A DNA stretch of 64,000 bases from Eledone cirrhosa (Eukaryota). The translations under genes were made by a program, and so were the position numbers. The notes under the pieces were generated by a model that had not been told where the DNA came from, did not search any database, and was given only the letters and a program-made list of their open reading frames with translations. The stretch lies in NCBI GenBank assembly GCA_964016885.1, contig OZ024741.1:303924001-303988000 (forward strand). Direction: 5' to 3'. Positions 42,351-57,096 of this stretch are shown in pieces (position 1 is the first letter of the stretch; each line of letters begins with the position of its first letter).

Positions 42351-43540
42351 ATGTATGTGTGTGTGTATGTACGTATGTATGTATTATGTGTATGTATGTG
42401 TGTGTGTGTGTGTGTTTGAATGCATGCAGAGGCCTCGTTTGCCTTAAAAACGCGGGGGGGGGGGGGGGGGCAAACCAACATTTGTTGATTCTTAAAGGAG
42501 CATTAATTGCTTATGGTGCCTTTCCCGGACCCTACATAAGTAAAACTTTACGCTAATTAAATTTTATATATTGAAATGAAGTTCGGATACAAAAAAATAA
42601 GCTTAAAAAGAATTTATTATATCAAATAAACAAAAATCAAAAGATGGTTTGTTGCCCATTCCTGAACAAGTGTGTGTGTGGGGGGGGGGGGGGGCTTGTC
42701 CCCTAGTACCCCCTGAAACAAGGTCCTTGAATGTATGTATGTATGTGTATGTGTATGTATGTTTGAATGCATGTATGTGTGTGCATGTATGTATGTGCAT
42801 GTATGTATGTGTGTATGTATGTATATGTATGCATTTATGTATGTTTGAATACATCTATGTATGCATACATACATACGTACGTACATACATACATAATTGT
42901 TTCTACTTTAGGCACAAGGCCAGCAATTACCCAGTGCATTACGGGTACTTTATTTTATCGACCCCGTATGGATGAAAGGCAAAGTCAACCTCGGCGGGAT
43001 TTGAACTCAGACCGTAAAGGGACGTAACTATGCTGGAAAGCATGGCGTCCGACCCTCTACCGATACTGCCAATCCACCATACATAATGACTGCATCTCAG
43101 TTTCGAGAATTGCCATCCCTTGACATTTTTCTGATACATGGATGGCCCTACCAAGAACTTAGAACCCTTTCTGCATATGCTGTAGGGAAAGAAAAAAAAT
43201 AAAGGGCCATGCTAACGTAACACACGTGAAAGTCGATTAGATCAAGTGATGCCTGTGCTTCAAGATTTTTTAAGAGAAGAAAGGCTTTGCACTGGGCCAA
43301 TCCCACTCTCTGAACAACGGTGACAGGTATCCAAAAAGAAGAACAGGTCAACGTAATTGGTTGCCATCGAGTCGCTAGTTTTACATGAGAGTTTTCCTTC
43401 TTCTAGAATGATGTACTAACAAGGACTAGGGTTCTCTCACTCCTGGTGGGCTAACCAAACCAAGTATACATACATACATACATACATACATACATACATA
43501 CATACATACATACATACATACATACATGCATACATACATA

Positions 43541-44117
43541 CATGGTGACTGCCAACTCGTTTTCGAGTACGGCCACTACTTTATATCCATGTAGGAGAAC
43601 CCCTACCGATGCGCTGAACGAGTGTGACTTTTTAGTCCAGCCAGCGACTTGAAAACTCTGGTACAAACACTACACTTGTGACAATTATTGACATATAGTG
43701 CTGGGCCCATGGTACCATGTGATGACAAGTGCAGAGAGGTCTCCAGATACAAAGCAATGCCTGTGCCGTGAAGCTTTTATAGTGAGCAAAGGCACTGCAC
43801 AAAGCCAGTCCCACTCTCTTAATCAAGATGATATTTACCAAAAAGAAGAACAAGTCAACATCATTGGATACCATCAGGGTTGCAGGTGTTATATCAGAGT
43901 TTTCCTTCTCCTAGAATTCTGCCTTGACAAAGGCTAAGAGGTCATCTCTCCCGGTGATTTTGGATGGCCATTGACTCTTAAGAGCACCTTTACCCTTTGA
44001 CAGGTTTTGTTTTTAGTCCTGCAAGATGTCCAAAGACACCCTCCTCACCAAGAAACCTTGGTGGGGTTGCCAGTTTAGTCGCCAACGACCCGACCATGAG
44101 ACAGGTTGTGCTGGGAT
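43541..44117 (-). mobile_element. About 575-bp non-autonomous element, copy 3
   Basis: Reverse complement of copies 1 and 2; (CATA)n on both sides. Confidence 0.8.
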
Positions 44118-44213
44118 ACATACATACATACATACATACATACATACATACATACATACATACATACATACATACATACATACATACATACATACATAAA
44201 AACATACATACAT

Positions 44214-45417
44214 TTGGTCTGCTGAACTTGTCATTGCAAGAACTAAGTGAGATGGATGTAAGAGCCCACAAGCTTCTCAGTGTTACTGGAAACTTTAACA
44301 TCAATGGTGAATAGGTTATACTTCTCACGCAAGGAAGGTGGCCGTGGTCTAAAATCCATATTAACATCATACGACACCCGAATAGTAACACTGAAGCAAC
44401 ATCTTCAGCAGAAGAAAAAGGTCAGCAACCATCTTTCCCAGGTCTATGAGCACGAAGAAAATAATATCATTAGGATAGCCACTGATCTGGAGGAGAGATA
44501 TGGAATAAGGCCTGATATAAATCTCTCTCCCAGGGACATTGGAAGATCCTATTCAATGTTCAAACAAGATTAAAAAAAAATGGACCGATTTACAGAGAAA
44601 GTTGTGCATAGGTACCTGAGACGAAAAACACAGACCATAGAGGGGATAAATCATTTAAAAAGCCTGGCATGAAGTTCCGACAAGTTTATGACATCCCACC
44701 TTGAAGGATATCTCTATGCAATACAGGAACAAGAAATGCCTACCAAATATCTGCAACACAAAAGAGGAGGGCCAGCAGCGCCAATATATGTAAGCTATGT
44801 AAAACAAAGATCGAAGATGTTAGCCACATTGTTGCCAACTACGAAAGAATGTCGTCTCGCTACTACCTCCCTATGAGACACGATGTGATAGCTAGAACCA
44901 TCTGGAACGCACTTAGGAAAACAAATTAAAAACAAATGAGGAGAAATATGTTGAGATAGATGGCACTAAGGAATACTGGTGGAACCTCAAAATAAAAACT
45001 GCCACCAAATTAAAGCACAACCGGCCTGATATTGTTGTTTGGGACCACACATTGAAAACATGCTCTGTTGAAGAGATCAGCTGCCCACTTGATGTCAACG
45101 TTGCAAAAAAAAATACAAGAGAAGGAGGACATCTACAGACCATTGATGAGGAGTTTGCAGATCCAGTATCCAAGATACACTTTCATCTTCATACCCATCA
45201 TTATTGGAGCTACAGTTTATATACCAACCCGCTAGGACCAAAGGATGACTGAACTCGGATTTGTGGACAAAGAGCGCAGCTCCCTAATTCATAGACTATA
45301 AATGGTCGCGATATTTGTCGCCTTCAAAATTTACAAAACATTCTTGGGATGATAATTTCTTTTCTTTTACTATTGCTGCCAGGAAGGTGGCCGGTCAAAA
45401 ATGTACTCGAAATTAAG
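44214..45417 (+). mobile_element. R4/Dong-like fragment, longest copy
   Basis: RLYFSRKEGGRGL thumb-region motif, EGYLYAIQEQE, NRPDIVVWD; frameshifts and stops; (CATA)n on both sides. Confidence 0.87.
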
Positions 45418-45520
45418 AGAAAGAGAGACATACATACACATGTCATATATACACACATACACATATCATACATACATACATACATACATACATACATACA
45501 TACATACATACATACATACA

Positions 45521-45551
<31 letters not shown>

Positions 45552-46025
45552 CTAACAGGTGTTTCGTAACTAACACATATCATTTTTCCTAAAAATGATA
45601 GAGTGGTGATTATAACTGTGTATGCGTTTGTATATCTATTTAAACAAGTATATTTACACATAATCATATTCATTACACAAATGCATGCATCAATATATTA
45701 TGTGTGTGAATGCCTATATGTGTGTGTGAGTGTATGTAATATATACACGTATATATATATATTTTAAAAAAATATAGGTGTGACACTCGAGTTGTGATAT
45801 ATTAGTAAAAAGGAAAAGAAAATGGTGACAATTTTTCCCAGTGAAAAATAGTTTAATTAGGAATAAGTATAAATTAGTAATAAGTATTGGTTAATATTCA
45901 GTTTTAGTTTTAAGGTTTTACCGGTTGCGTATTTCTAATGCTTTTCAAAAATAATTTTGAGATAGAACGCTTCTGATGTTTGCTCTAATCTATCTCTCTC
46001 TCTCTATATATATATATATATACAT

Positions 46026-46060
<35 letters not shown>

Positions 46061-46096
46061 CATAGAATAGGGAAAATGCGAAGTTCGGTGTAGATG

Positions 46097-46132
<36 letters not shown>

Positions 46133-46321
46133 CATCTACACCGAACTTCGCATTTTACCTATTCTATGTATATATATATATATGTGTGTGTGTGTGTATG
46201 TATATATATATATATGTATATATATATAATAAGTGGTCCAGTAGATTGTGTGTGTGAGGGTGTGTAATATATATATATGAGTGTGTGTGTATATATTACA
46301 CATACTCACACACGCACACAA

Positions 46322-46391
<70 letters not shown>

Positions 46392-46611
46392 AGAAGTTAT
46401 ATTTAATTTGTTGGGATACAACAAGCAAATATTTTTATAACTGATATAAACCACTCAACAAATTATTGGAGTAAAAATACGATATATTAACAAATGGAAA
46501 CTATATTTATAAAACCATATTTATTTCATTATACATATTTCATATATCCTCGAGCTTCCAACAGAAATGGTCGCATTCTTTAAGGGTATGTCAATATTTA
46601 TTTATAAAACT

Positions 46612-46678
46612 GATCTATATCTGATGAAAGCGCACCATAATTTGACTTGGTGTCCTTGAAATATGTATAATGAAATAA
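46612..46678 (+). ncRNA. Minimal hammerhead, same family as 17444-17508
   Basis: CTGATGA 46621-46627 ...TGGTGTCCTT GAAATATGTATAATGAAATA; 5' strand of helix I eroded. Confidence 0.62.
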
Positions 46679-47016
46679 ATATGGTTTTATAAATATAGTT
46701 TCCATTTGTTAATATATCGTATATTTATATATGTATATTTATATAAAATTATATCTGTATACATATATAATAATATATATATACCCATTCGTGCATGTGT
46801 GTGCGTCTTTGTGTGTTTATTCATAGATTTTCTCTCTCTTAACCCACCCCACCCCACCTTAACCTCTCCCCTTCTCTCATACATTCAAACACGCACGCAC
46901 ACGCACACACTCACATACACACATACACACACACACATGCACGTACATACACATTAAGCAAACAAGTGTGATTTATTCGGTAAACCGACAAAACCACTTG
47001 GTGGAGTAAGCCATGT

Positions 47017-47019
47017 AGC

Positions 47020-47106
<87 letters not shown>

Positions 47107-47107
47107 T

Positions 47108-47154
<47 letters not shown>

Positions 47155-47158
47155 TGTT

Positions 47159-47202
<44 letters not shown>

Positions 47203-47225
47203 TGCAGTAGTAGTAGTAGTAGTAG

Positions 47226-47260
<35 letters not shown>

Positions 47261-47307
47261 GCAGTAGTAGTAGTAGTAGTTGTTGTTGTTGTTGTTGTTG
47301 TTGTTGC

Positions 47308-47382
<75 letters not shown>

Positions 47383-47385
47383 TGC

Positions 47386-47479
<94 letters not shown>

Positions 47480-47487
47480 GCTGTTGC

Positions 47488-47532
<45 letters not shown>

Positions 47533-47535
47533 TGC

Positions 47536-47567
<32 letters not shown>

Positions 47568-47574
47568 CAGTTGC

Positions 47575-47608
<34 letters not shown>

Positions 47609-47619
47609 ATAGCAGTTGC

Positions 47620-47675
<56 letters not shown>

Positions 47676-47682
47676 CAGTTGC

Positions 47683-47736
<54 letters not shown>

Positions 47737-47737
47737 T
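47017..47737. repeat. Compound (AGT)n/(TGT)n microsatellite
   Basis: Direct reading. Confidence 0.98.
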
Positions 47738-48173
47738 GCCGTGTTCTGAAGGAGCTGGTCAACATTTTGTTGGAAGTAACCCGAGATGAGTGAGCTCGGG
47801 GCCTAGGAGGTATTAACGACATCAAGTACGGGTACACAGTATTTCGGGTGGTGTGGGGGAGGGGGCTCAGAATCTTTCTTTAATACGGGTACAATTGATT
47901 CAAATGGACTTTCTTTGTTCCCCCTAGATACACAATAGTCAAACAGCTTCTTGTCTTGTTTTTACATGTGTTCCTTCTTTTGTATAGTTTGTTGTTTTTA
48001 CCTTTTATTTATTACATTAAAGCAAACATAGTTCTTTGGTTCTATGTCCGTACGTATGAATGTTTGTCTATATATATATATATATATGAGTGTGTGTGAG
48101 TGTGTGTGTGTGTGTGTATGTGTGTGTGTAGTCGAACATATATGCATAAAGTGGGTACGTAATACACACACGC

Positions 48174-48250
<77 letters not shown>

Positions 48251-48335
48251 CATACATATTCATGAGGAAATATGCATATACATACATATAGTGTGTGTGC
48301 GTGTGTCTGTGTGTCTGTGTGTTTGTGTATGTGCG

Positions 48336-48447
<112 letters not shown>

Positions 48448-48509
48448 CGTGTTTGTATATGTGCTGGTGCGTGCCTATGTGTGTAAGTGTGTTTGATTTT
48501 ACAAACAAG

Positions 48510-49230
48510 TGGAAGATTATAGTGAGTGCAAATATATGTTTATTGTAATAGTTAAATCAGTGAGTGAGCGTGTTGGTGAAATGGTTGTGCACGTGTGTTG
48601 GTGTGACACTGAATGGCAGGTGGGTGCTGAAAACTGTGAAGTTGTGGATGGAGTGTCCGGTGGAGCAGAAATATCGGGCGACTGGAGACTGGTTGCCGAG
48701 CCGAATGTCCCGGAGTTGCTTGGTGAACCAGTCTGCTAAAAGTTGACAACCAGTTTGTCCAATGTAGATGGCTTCGCATAGCATGCAACGTAGCCCATAG
48801 ACAAGATTTAATAGGTGCAGCGGAACACGTTTCTGACCCAGAAGATCTGACCGTTGTATCTAGTGATGGTTGTGGTGTTGTTGATGAGGTTGCGCGTGTG
48901 GCAGCGGAGTCGGGAGCAGAAGAGGGATTAGGGGACGGTGTTGGGTAAGGAAAGAAGCGGCGAACGAGATTACTTGAAGGAGAGAAGCGATGGGAAGGGG
49001 GAATAGGGGAGGTGGAGGGATCCGACTGGAGATGACGGAAGAAACAGAGGATCGTCCTCTGGAGGGGCAAAGGAGGGGGTAGTAGGTAAAGGATAATGGG
49101 AGTCGTTTGTTGGTGGCGATGGTATTGTGAGAGGGTGGTGGTGCGGTGAGACTTCAAGGAGGCAGTGACTGCAACTTGGACCAGAGTGGGGGTAACCTCA
49201 CCAAGTGGATAGTTTAGCCCTGTATTGAGT
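48510..49230 (-). mobile_element. Penelope-like element remnant (GIY-YIG endonuclease region)
   Basis: CEAIYIGQTG..LADWF..QLRDIR....SPVARYFCSTGHS; upstream FRHLQSDP linker typical of PLE RT-endonuclease junctions. Confidence 0.75.
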
Positions 49231-49782
49231 CTACATGGGTAATGTAGTAAATATGTATCACAACTCTTTCTTCAGATTGAGTGCTCTCCCAACTTGGGGT
49301 ATTATTTATCAAACTACACTACAATATACTACAATATATATATATATATATATATAGTAGTATAGTTTGATAAATAATTGTTTCTACTTTTTGGCACAAG
49401 GCCAGCAATTATCCCAGTACATTACTGGTGCTTTATTTTATCGACCCCGTAAGGATGAAAAGCAAAGTTAACCTCGGCGGGAATTGAACTCAGATCGTAA
49501 AGGGACGTAACTATGCTGGAAAGCATAATCCAACCCTCTACCGTTACTGCCAATTCACCGCCCTTTTGTAGTTTGATAAATAATATCCCATATATATATA
49601 TATACGTAGGTTCTAATAGTGACTATCTGTAGAACTTTGGTGGTTAACCTATACTTTTGTCAGACAATATGATTAATTACTTTATGAATCGATATTTTAA
49701 TACATATATATGTGTGTGTGTGTGTCCTAAACAAGAACTTTCATGAAAATTAATAATTTGTTTCCTCTTTTTGTTCTTTCAG

Positions 49783-49952
49783 ATTTATTCAGTGACTGTT
49801 GGCCGGAGACAGAGCTTGTGGGACATTCTCTTTCGTGGGAAAATGAAAGCGCCCCAAAAGTCTCCCACGACAAAAAACATACAGCTCGTACATGGCACCC
49901 AGAAATCCCAAACGCATCGGATTTTGTAAACCTAGCAAGCTATGGAAGCTGA
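49783..49952 (+). CDS. ptf1a: Ptf1a coding exon 2 with RBPJ/Su(H)-binding tryptophan motifs
   Basis: Polypyrimidine tract plus TTTCAG acceptor at 49782; phase matches exon 1 (G+AT = Asp); encodes GHSLSW (C1) and TWHPE (C2-like); TGA ends at 49952. Confidence 0.9.
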
Positions 49953-50090
49953 GAATGTATCTCGATTCCGGGAACTGTGTAAGGAATTGCTTCCCAATTG
50001 CTCTGAAATTCGCGATTGATGATGATAATGATTGACGCTGGTGATGATGAGGGTAACGTTGATCGTGAATATGACGATGACTAGGAAGAA

Positions 50091-50148
<58 letters not shown>

Positions 50149-52654
50149 GTAGTGGTGGTGCTGGTGTTGGGGATAATGATGGTGTAGGTGATGAAATAAC
50201 GCCGATGATGATAATGATTGATGCAGGTGATGACGATGAATAGGAAAATGACAATGAGGGTGATGATGATGGTGATGATAATAATGATGATGGTGGTGGT
50301 GGTGATGATGATGATGATTATAGTCATAATGTTGCGATGACGAGGATGATAATGATGATAATGATGATGATGTTCGTGAAAGACACTATGGTAAATATAA
50401 TGATGTCCTCAATTTAACCAAAATGGCCAATTGAATAACATAATGGATCAAATGACGTTCATATCCCGTGCCAGCCATTCCTGTTTTGATGTTTATTCTT
50501 TAGCGCCAACCTGATCAAGCTAACCTATGATCAAAGACATTCTAGATGTGACCATCACATCTTTTCTTCTCAGAGTTATGCTTCTTTTCTTCAGGCGACA
50601 AGATGTAATTTCAGGGAAACTTGGTGCGTTTTATGTGAAAGAAGCTTCGTTGATTGTGGACCCGAATAGCTCTGTTTCCACCGATCTTTTTAAATATGTG
50701 TGAACCATTGTTTCATTGCATAAGTGCTGTATAACCAGCATTTCATTACCTTATCCAACTCAGATCCTCTTATACGTCAAATTCTGGCTCATAGACTACT
50801 GCCATCCTCGGGATTAAAAGTATCTCTCATCACTTGAAAATATCCAATACGCCGTAATATTCCATAATAACGCAAAGAAATATATTCTTCACGGAACTTC
50901 TTTTTTTGTTTTTTTTAATGTCCTATATTATTATGGTCAGCATCTTACGAATCAACTCAGCACTTTTCAACTGGTACTTTTTAATAAACATCGAAAGGAC
51001 GAAAGACAAAGTTGACTTAGCGAGATTTAGACTCAGAAAGTGTAGAGAGCCGTTAAAAATACCGCAAAGCAATCTATCCGACGTTCTAACGACTCGGCCG
51101 ATTCGCTGCCATTTAATATGAACTACGAGGCGCCCAAACGTTTACCTGTCAAAAGGGTTTATTAAGATTATACATAAACATCGCACAATCAAATTTCTTC
51201 GAACTTGATGAATTCAAGTTTTGTATGTTAAATAAATATATTTTATGTGATTTAAAATGATATTATGGTGATTCCAAATGATAAATATATTCATCTTACG
51301 CGATTTAAAAATATAAATAGAATTATGAATTTTTAATGTATGTTAGCTTCAAAACAAGTTTTTTTCCTGGTGTAATGGTTGTGCAGCCGTCCGGCATACC
51401 ACAGGAGTGTGAACAAGCCCCACGGTAGTTACTGTCTACTTTACCTGACTCTAGAGGGTTTATATATCCAGTTTGCTCGACCATTTTACATTCAACTAAC
51501 AAACATTCAAAATTCAAAATCTGTTCAACACTTCATGAATACGATTGTTTTTCGTTTTTTTTTTTTTGTTTTTTTAATATAATTATATTTTGTGACTGGA
51601 CGTAAGAACGTAAGAGAAGTATGTACAATTTTTAAAGAAAAGACTGATGAATTAGAATATTTTTTTTATTACTTTTACTTTTACTATTGAAGTAAATTGT
51701 AGACAAAACCTTCATGACTTAAGACTAAAAAAATTAAACCAATTTATCCGAACCTTAAATATGCCATACTTACTAATGTTGCCAAACTACTTCGTATTTA
51801 CGATAAAAGTGAGCTTAATCGTTTTGCTGAATGAATAAATTTGTTTTAAAAACTGATAATATATTTCTTTTATTTTAACTGTTGTTGCGAGTCTTCCTTT
51901 GTATTGAATGTAGTGAATGTCAGATGGAGACAGAAAACAAAACCTACCGGTGAATGTTAACAAATTTCAAAGAAAGATCATTTGAAATTATTAAGAATAT
52001 ATTTTACAGGAATTATTTCCATGTTTAAAGGACAAATCTTAGTAAAAGTATTTCTAATAGTAAAAGTATTTCTACGTCCTCTGATCAAAGCAGACTTGTG
52101 AAGTCTGTGCTTCATTGATGAAATCAAATAAAAACCAAAACATGTCCATAGATGTCATCTCAGACATCTTCTTGGCTTTAACCTGCTTTCTCTTGGTTAC
52201 TTTTATATCTTAAATATTCATTTCCTTCTTCTGAATGGCTCTCACATGATCTGCATCAACACCAGCCAGGAATGAAGACACCCGATCTTCTCGCTGTGTC
52301 TCAAGGAAAGCTTCGTCTTTAGATGGGACATCTTTTCGTTCGGGACGTCTTGGCTTGCAATGTCAAAAGTTTCCTCGAGATCAACTTTATATATACATAT
52401 ACAAATATATACATATATGAACATATATGAACATATATATGTATATACACATATGAAGGCGCGTCGTTTAGCAGTTAGAGAATTCCACTCACAATCGTAA
52501 GATTGTGAATTCGATTCCCGGACCGAGCGATGCGTTGTGTCCTTCAGCAAGCCACTTTATTTCACGTGCTTCCACTTCACCCAGCTGTACAAATGAGCTG
52601 CGGCATCACTTTACCTTTCCCTTAGACTACATCGGCAAGGAGCGGGGAAACAGA

Positions 52655-55140
52655 TATGAATGGACGCCTGCTAGGTGAAATGTCCATGGTCATTCGTGAC
52701 TTGCCACATTTGTGGATTGCCAACAAAATGCCTTCAGTGAAAAAGAAATTATATTTGGATTGTAAACAAACTGTTCAACGGACCTTGAGGAAAATGAAAG
52801 ATGAGTGGTGGTCATCAAAAACAACCGAGTTTCAAGCTGCTGCTGATAGAACGGATATAAAAGTCTTCTATGAAGTCATAAAAGAGGTGTATGGCTCTCA
52901 GCAACATCACTCCTCACCGGTATTAGCATCGGATGGATCCACTTTGTTAGCAGATATTCTTAACCGCTGGAAAGAACACTTTAAGGCTGGAAATCCCTGA
53001 ATTGGACTTTGACATATCGACAATCGATCGACTTTTATCAAATCGGACCGAGGAAACAATGTTTTCGTTGGTCTTTTCAATTGTTAATACTCTCTATTGG
53101 TCGCAATTCCAGGTAGAACAACATATACCGAAGTTAAAACAGCTGTGTTACAAATGGTATCAGGTAAATGGTTGTGTGGTGATGCAACACCGAGGTGTAC
53201 AAATATAGAGGTAATGTACTTATGCATAAGCTTTTGGATTTGTTCATTTTGATTTAGAATGGTCAGGTTCCTCAGGAGTTAAAGACTCATCTTTCACTCA
53301 CATGTTTAAACGAAAAAGAAAAAAGAATTGTGCGATAACCATCAGTGTATATCATTGTTTTCTATGGCGAGCAAGATCCTTGCTCGAATTGTTCTGAACA
53401 GAATAATAACTCACCTGATAGATCATGTTTTTCTTGAATCCTAGAATGGCTTCAGGATCAGCTAGGAACCATAGACATGATGTATTGCTTGAGGCAGGTT
53501 GCAGAGAAAGTACGGAAGAACAGCGACTTGTCTTAATAAAGGCTTTTGACTCTGTCAATCGCGATGCTTTGTTGTCGGTGCTAAAGCAGGTTGGGATTCC
53601 CAAGATGCTCAGTATTATAACATCCTGCCATAAAAACATTCAAGGATCTGTTAAGTCAAATGGCGCTTCATCAGATCCTTTTCGCGTAAAAAATGGGACA
53701 AAACAAGGGTGTGGCCCCTGTTTTGTTTGCTATTTACTTTTCTCTGGTGCCTTCTTGTGGCGTTTTGTTTTAATTTAGAACATCAAGCGGGATCTGCAAT
53801 CATCAAAGATTTAAGGCGAAGATCCTTACTAGAACATAAATATTTTAGACTTCTTTTTTCCTGTTCCTGTAGCTAGTTCTATCCGAAAAGCACAAGAAGT
53901 TCTAAGCCGGTTTTCGTCTGTGGTAAAGCATTTGGCCTAGCTATAAATGTGAAAAGGAAAGAGGTCGTATATCAGCACAAACCAACACTTATTCAAAGAA
54001 GAGACATAACACTACCTAGGCCCTAATACAGTGCACCATCACGTCAAATTCTTGTGGACAACAAGCCTCTAAAGAACGTGAAATCCTCCCATACTTAAGA
54101 AGTGAAAGCAATTCTAGCGCTTCGTTAGATGATAAAATATTAAATAGGATCACCAAGACTAGTGAGGCATTTGGAAAGCCACGAGCAAGGGTATGGAATG
54201 AGAGAGGAAGGGGTTTGAAAACGAAAATATCAGTTTACTATGCGGATATCATCTCAATATTGCTGTATGGGTCTAGATCGTGGGCACCATATAAAAATCA
54301 TATGACACAGCTAGATAGTTTCCACAAGAGTTGTCTCAGATATATCAGTGGTTTCACATGGAAAGAGAAAGTCTCTAATGTACAGTTGTTTCATAAATGT
54401 GATATACAAAGCATAAAGGCCTTCTTAATAAAGTCTCAATTAAGATGAGCAGGTCATGTTGCTAGGATGAATGATGAAAGACTGCCGAAAATTCTCACTT
54501 ATGGGCAACTTCAAACGGGAGTGTAAAAAAATAGAAAGGCCCCTTCTTAGATAGAAAGATAGGCTAAACAATAATATCAAGCATATTGGAATACAACCAT
54601 CAGAATTTCAGGAATGTGCTGACCGTAATAGGTGGAGGAATATCTATTTAAAAGCCACCAGGTGCCCTGTCAACGCAAGGATTGAGCACCTAGCTGATCT
54701 AAGGCAAGGTCAAAAGAATCCAGCTTCTGTTCAACGATTTGTGTGTAAAGGATATGGTCTGGTTCGCAAAAGCAAAGCAGGTTTAGTGTCTCACAGAAGA
54801 CACAAACATTAATATGTGGAGTAAATGGAAAGTAAAATCTTTTGACCGTCATGCGTCGAACACGACGAGAGAGTTCATCATATATAACTCTGAAAAAAAC
54901 CTGCGGCTTCGGAAGCATCCGATGATGGTGACCAGTTTTCGGGAAGTATTTTCGATGCTCAGAGAGTGGGATTGGTCAAGTGCACGGCCTTTCCCCACTT
55001 AAAAAAACCTTCAAAGCACAGGTATTGCATGTTTAGGATATATTACAGGTTCGTGTGGCTGGCCGTAGCCTAAAAGTGCACTAAACTCTATAATCTGACA
55101 AACGATTGCAATACTCTTAGAGTTTGAAGCCATCATGTAT
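52655..55140 (+). mobile_element. Heavily degraded RTE (BovB-like) LINE
   Basis: LRKMKDEWW...QAAAD, ILNRWKEHF, KAFDSVNRDAL, NGTKQGC, LLYGSRSW, QLR*AGHVARM; 3'UTR ends GCCATCATGTATGT. Confidence 0.85.
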
Positions 55141-55999
55141 GTTGTATGTATATATATATATATATATATATAAATTAGCGAGAAAATCGTATTTTGGCCT
55201 AGGAATTAACGAAAAACAACTTCCGAGGTGTGTGGCAAGCGCTCGATGATTCAGATGAACCGGAGCTACAACATACGTTAAAGGTCAATCACACTGAGAT
55301 GATGGTTAAACAAACATCCGCACAGCCAAAGAAACGACCAGGTAATTCGGGTCAAACAAATAAAAATATATGTGATTGAAATATATATCAAATGAGGCAA
55401 CGGAGTAAAGGACCCGCGTTGTTCCCTGTAATATGTCTTTCACTCTAGTGGTAACATAAACCCTGTAATGAAAAAAATATATTTTGTGTGTGTGTGAATG
55501 CGTGTGTGTACATGTGTGAGTGAGTGTGCGTGTGTGTGTGTCTGTGTACATGTGTGAGTGAGTGTGCGTGTGTATGTATGCATTCCCATAGTATACAGGT
55601 GTGTGTTATGAGTGCGATTGTTTATAAAATATTTGTTGTCTTCAGTTCATTGTCCTGATACGTACATCATGAGCAAACTGACTTTTTTTTCCATTAGCTT
55701 CTCTTTCCTTCTCTTCTCTTTGTTTCTCTCTTTCTTTCCTTGTCTTCTCTTTTCTTCTGTCTATCTTTCTCTTTTTCTTTCTGTCTATCTTTCGTGTTGT
55801 CCGATAAGAAGCGGGAATATTAGCATATGTTAATATATCATCATAGATATATGGACAGATGAAGTAGGTGGCGATGGCGATGATTAGAGAAGGGGTGATG
55901 AGTGGTATGGGAGGGTAGGATGTAATGGGTAGATGTGGGTGGAAGGTATGTTGAGGTAAGTGGGAAGGTGAGTCGGTATCTATGTTGTTGACTTGATAA

Positions 56000-56032
<33 letters not shown>

Positions 56033-56268
56033 TAGCCCCAGGTAAGCCTTTACCGAGCTGTTCTAAAAAAATTCCAACCGTTACCATACATTTTCTAGTG
56101 TGTATGTATGTCTGTATGTGTATTTGAGTGTGTGTATTCGTGTGTGCGTGTGTCTGTTTTGTGTGTATGTTTGTGTATTTTTGAGTTTGTATGTGTTTGT
56201 GAGTGTTTGTGTGTGTGTGTGTGTTATTGTATATTTGTTTGTGTGTTTGTATGTGGGATGGACTCTAC

Positions 56269-56580
56269 CAGGGCCTGATTTAATAGGGGGCAAAAGGGGG
56301 AATTGCCCCGGGCCCCCTACAGTAGGGCTCCCCACCAGCGACGGCCGTAACAATGATTTGTGCCCTCAGCTGGGCTTTTTAGTTTTAGGATGGTTAGAAT
56401 TTTTTAATTTAATACCTGTATGTATAACTTTTCAATTCCAGTTACTTGCGCCAGCTGACTTTGATATGTTAAATTAGAGGATGGGGGCAGTGTATTCAAT
56501 TTTTTTTTTTTTTTTTACGTATATGGGGCCCTCCAAACCTGAAATGCTCCTCCCCCATCGAAGGTCTAAACCCAACCCTG
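56269..56580. mobile_element. hAT-type MITE
   Basis: TIRs CAGGGCCTGATTTA / TAAACCCAACCCTG; 8-bp TSD GACTCTAC / GACACTAC (7 of 8 match). Confidence 0.75.
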
Positions 56581-56901
56581 GACACTACCAGTGTTAAAAT
56601 GTGCAAGAGACATCGTATGTCACTACGGTGACCCTACAACTCCACAACATTATTCAAGTCGGACACCATGCTTTGTAGCATAGAGTTATGACCCTTTATG
56701 ATCATAGTTCAAATCCCGCTGAGGTTAACTTTGCCTTTCATCGTTGCGGGGTTGATAAAGTAAATTACCAGTAATGTACTGGTGTCGATTTAATCGACTT
56801 CCCCCTCCCCCCAAAATTGCTGGCCTTGTGCCTATATAAGAAACCATTATTCATACAACTGCTAACTAAAGAGATCTATGACCAAAACATTGTAATCATG
56901 C

Positions 56902-57096
56902 CAGTGCCGGATTTACAATTCTACTTAGGTGTGTTTAAGCACAGGGCCTCGTTGGCCAGGAAGTGGGTGGGCATCTTCCTGTCGAAAAAATTGTTTACCT
57001 CCTTAGCGGTTGCTTTTTTTACTTTATTAGAGCGAAAAGTAAGGGGTCTCATAACTTAACTAGCACAGATCCTCATTTGTCCAAAATCCGGCACTG
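56902..57096. mobile_element. hAT-type MITE
   Basis: Perfect 13-bp TIRs CAGTGCCGGATTT / AAATCCGGCACTG; TSD eroded. Confidence 0.65.

Noticed and set aside
44030-44075. HDV-like ribozyme suggested by CCCTCCTCAC in the 570-bp element
   Set aside because: Folds as a simple hairpin; I could not build the nested double pseudoknot
46911-47837. Poly-Leu/poly-Gln ORF
   Set aside because: Antisense reading of the (AGT)n/(TGT)n microsatellite
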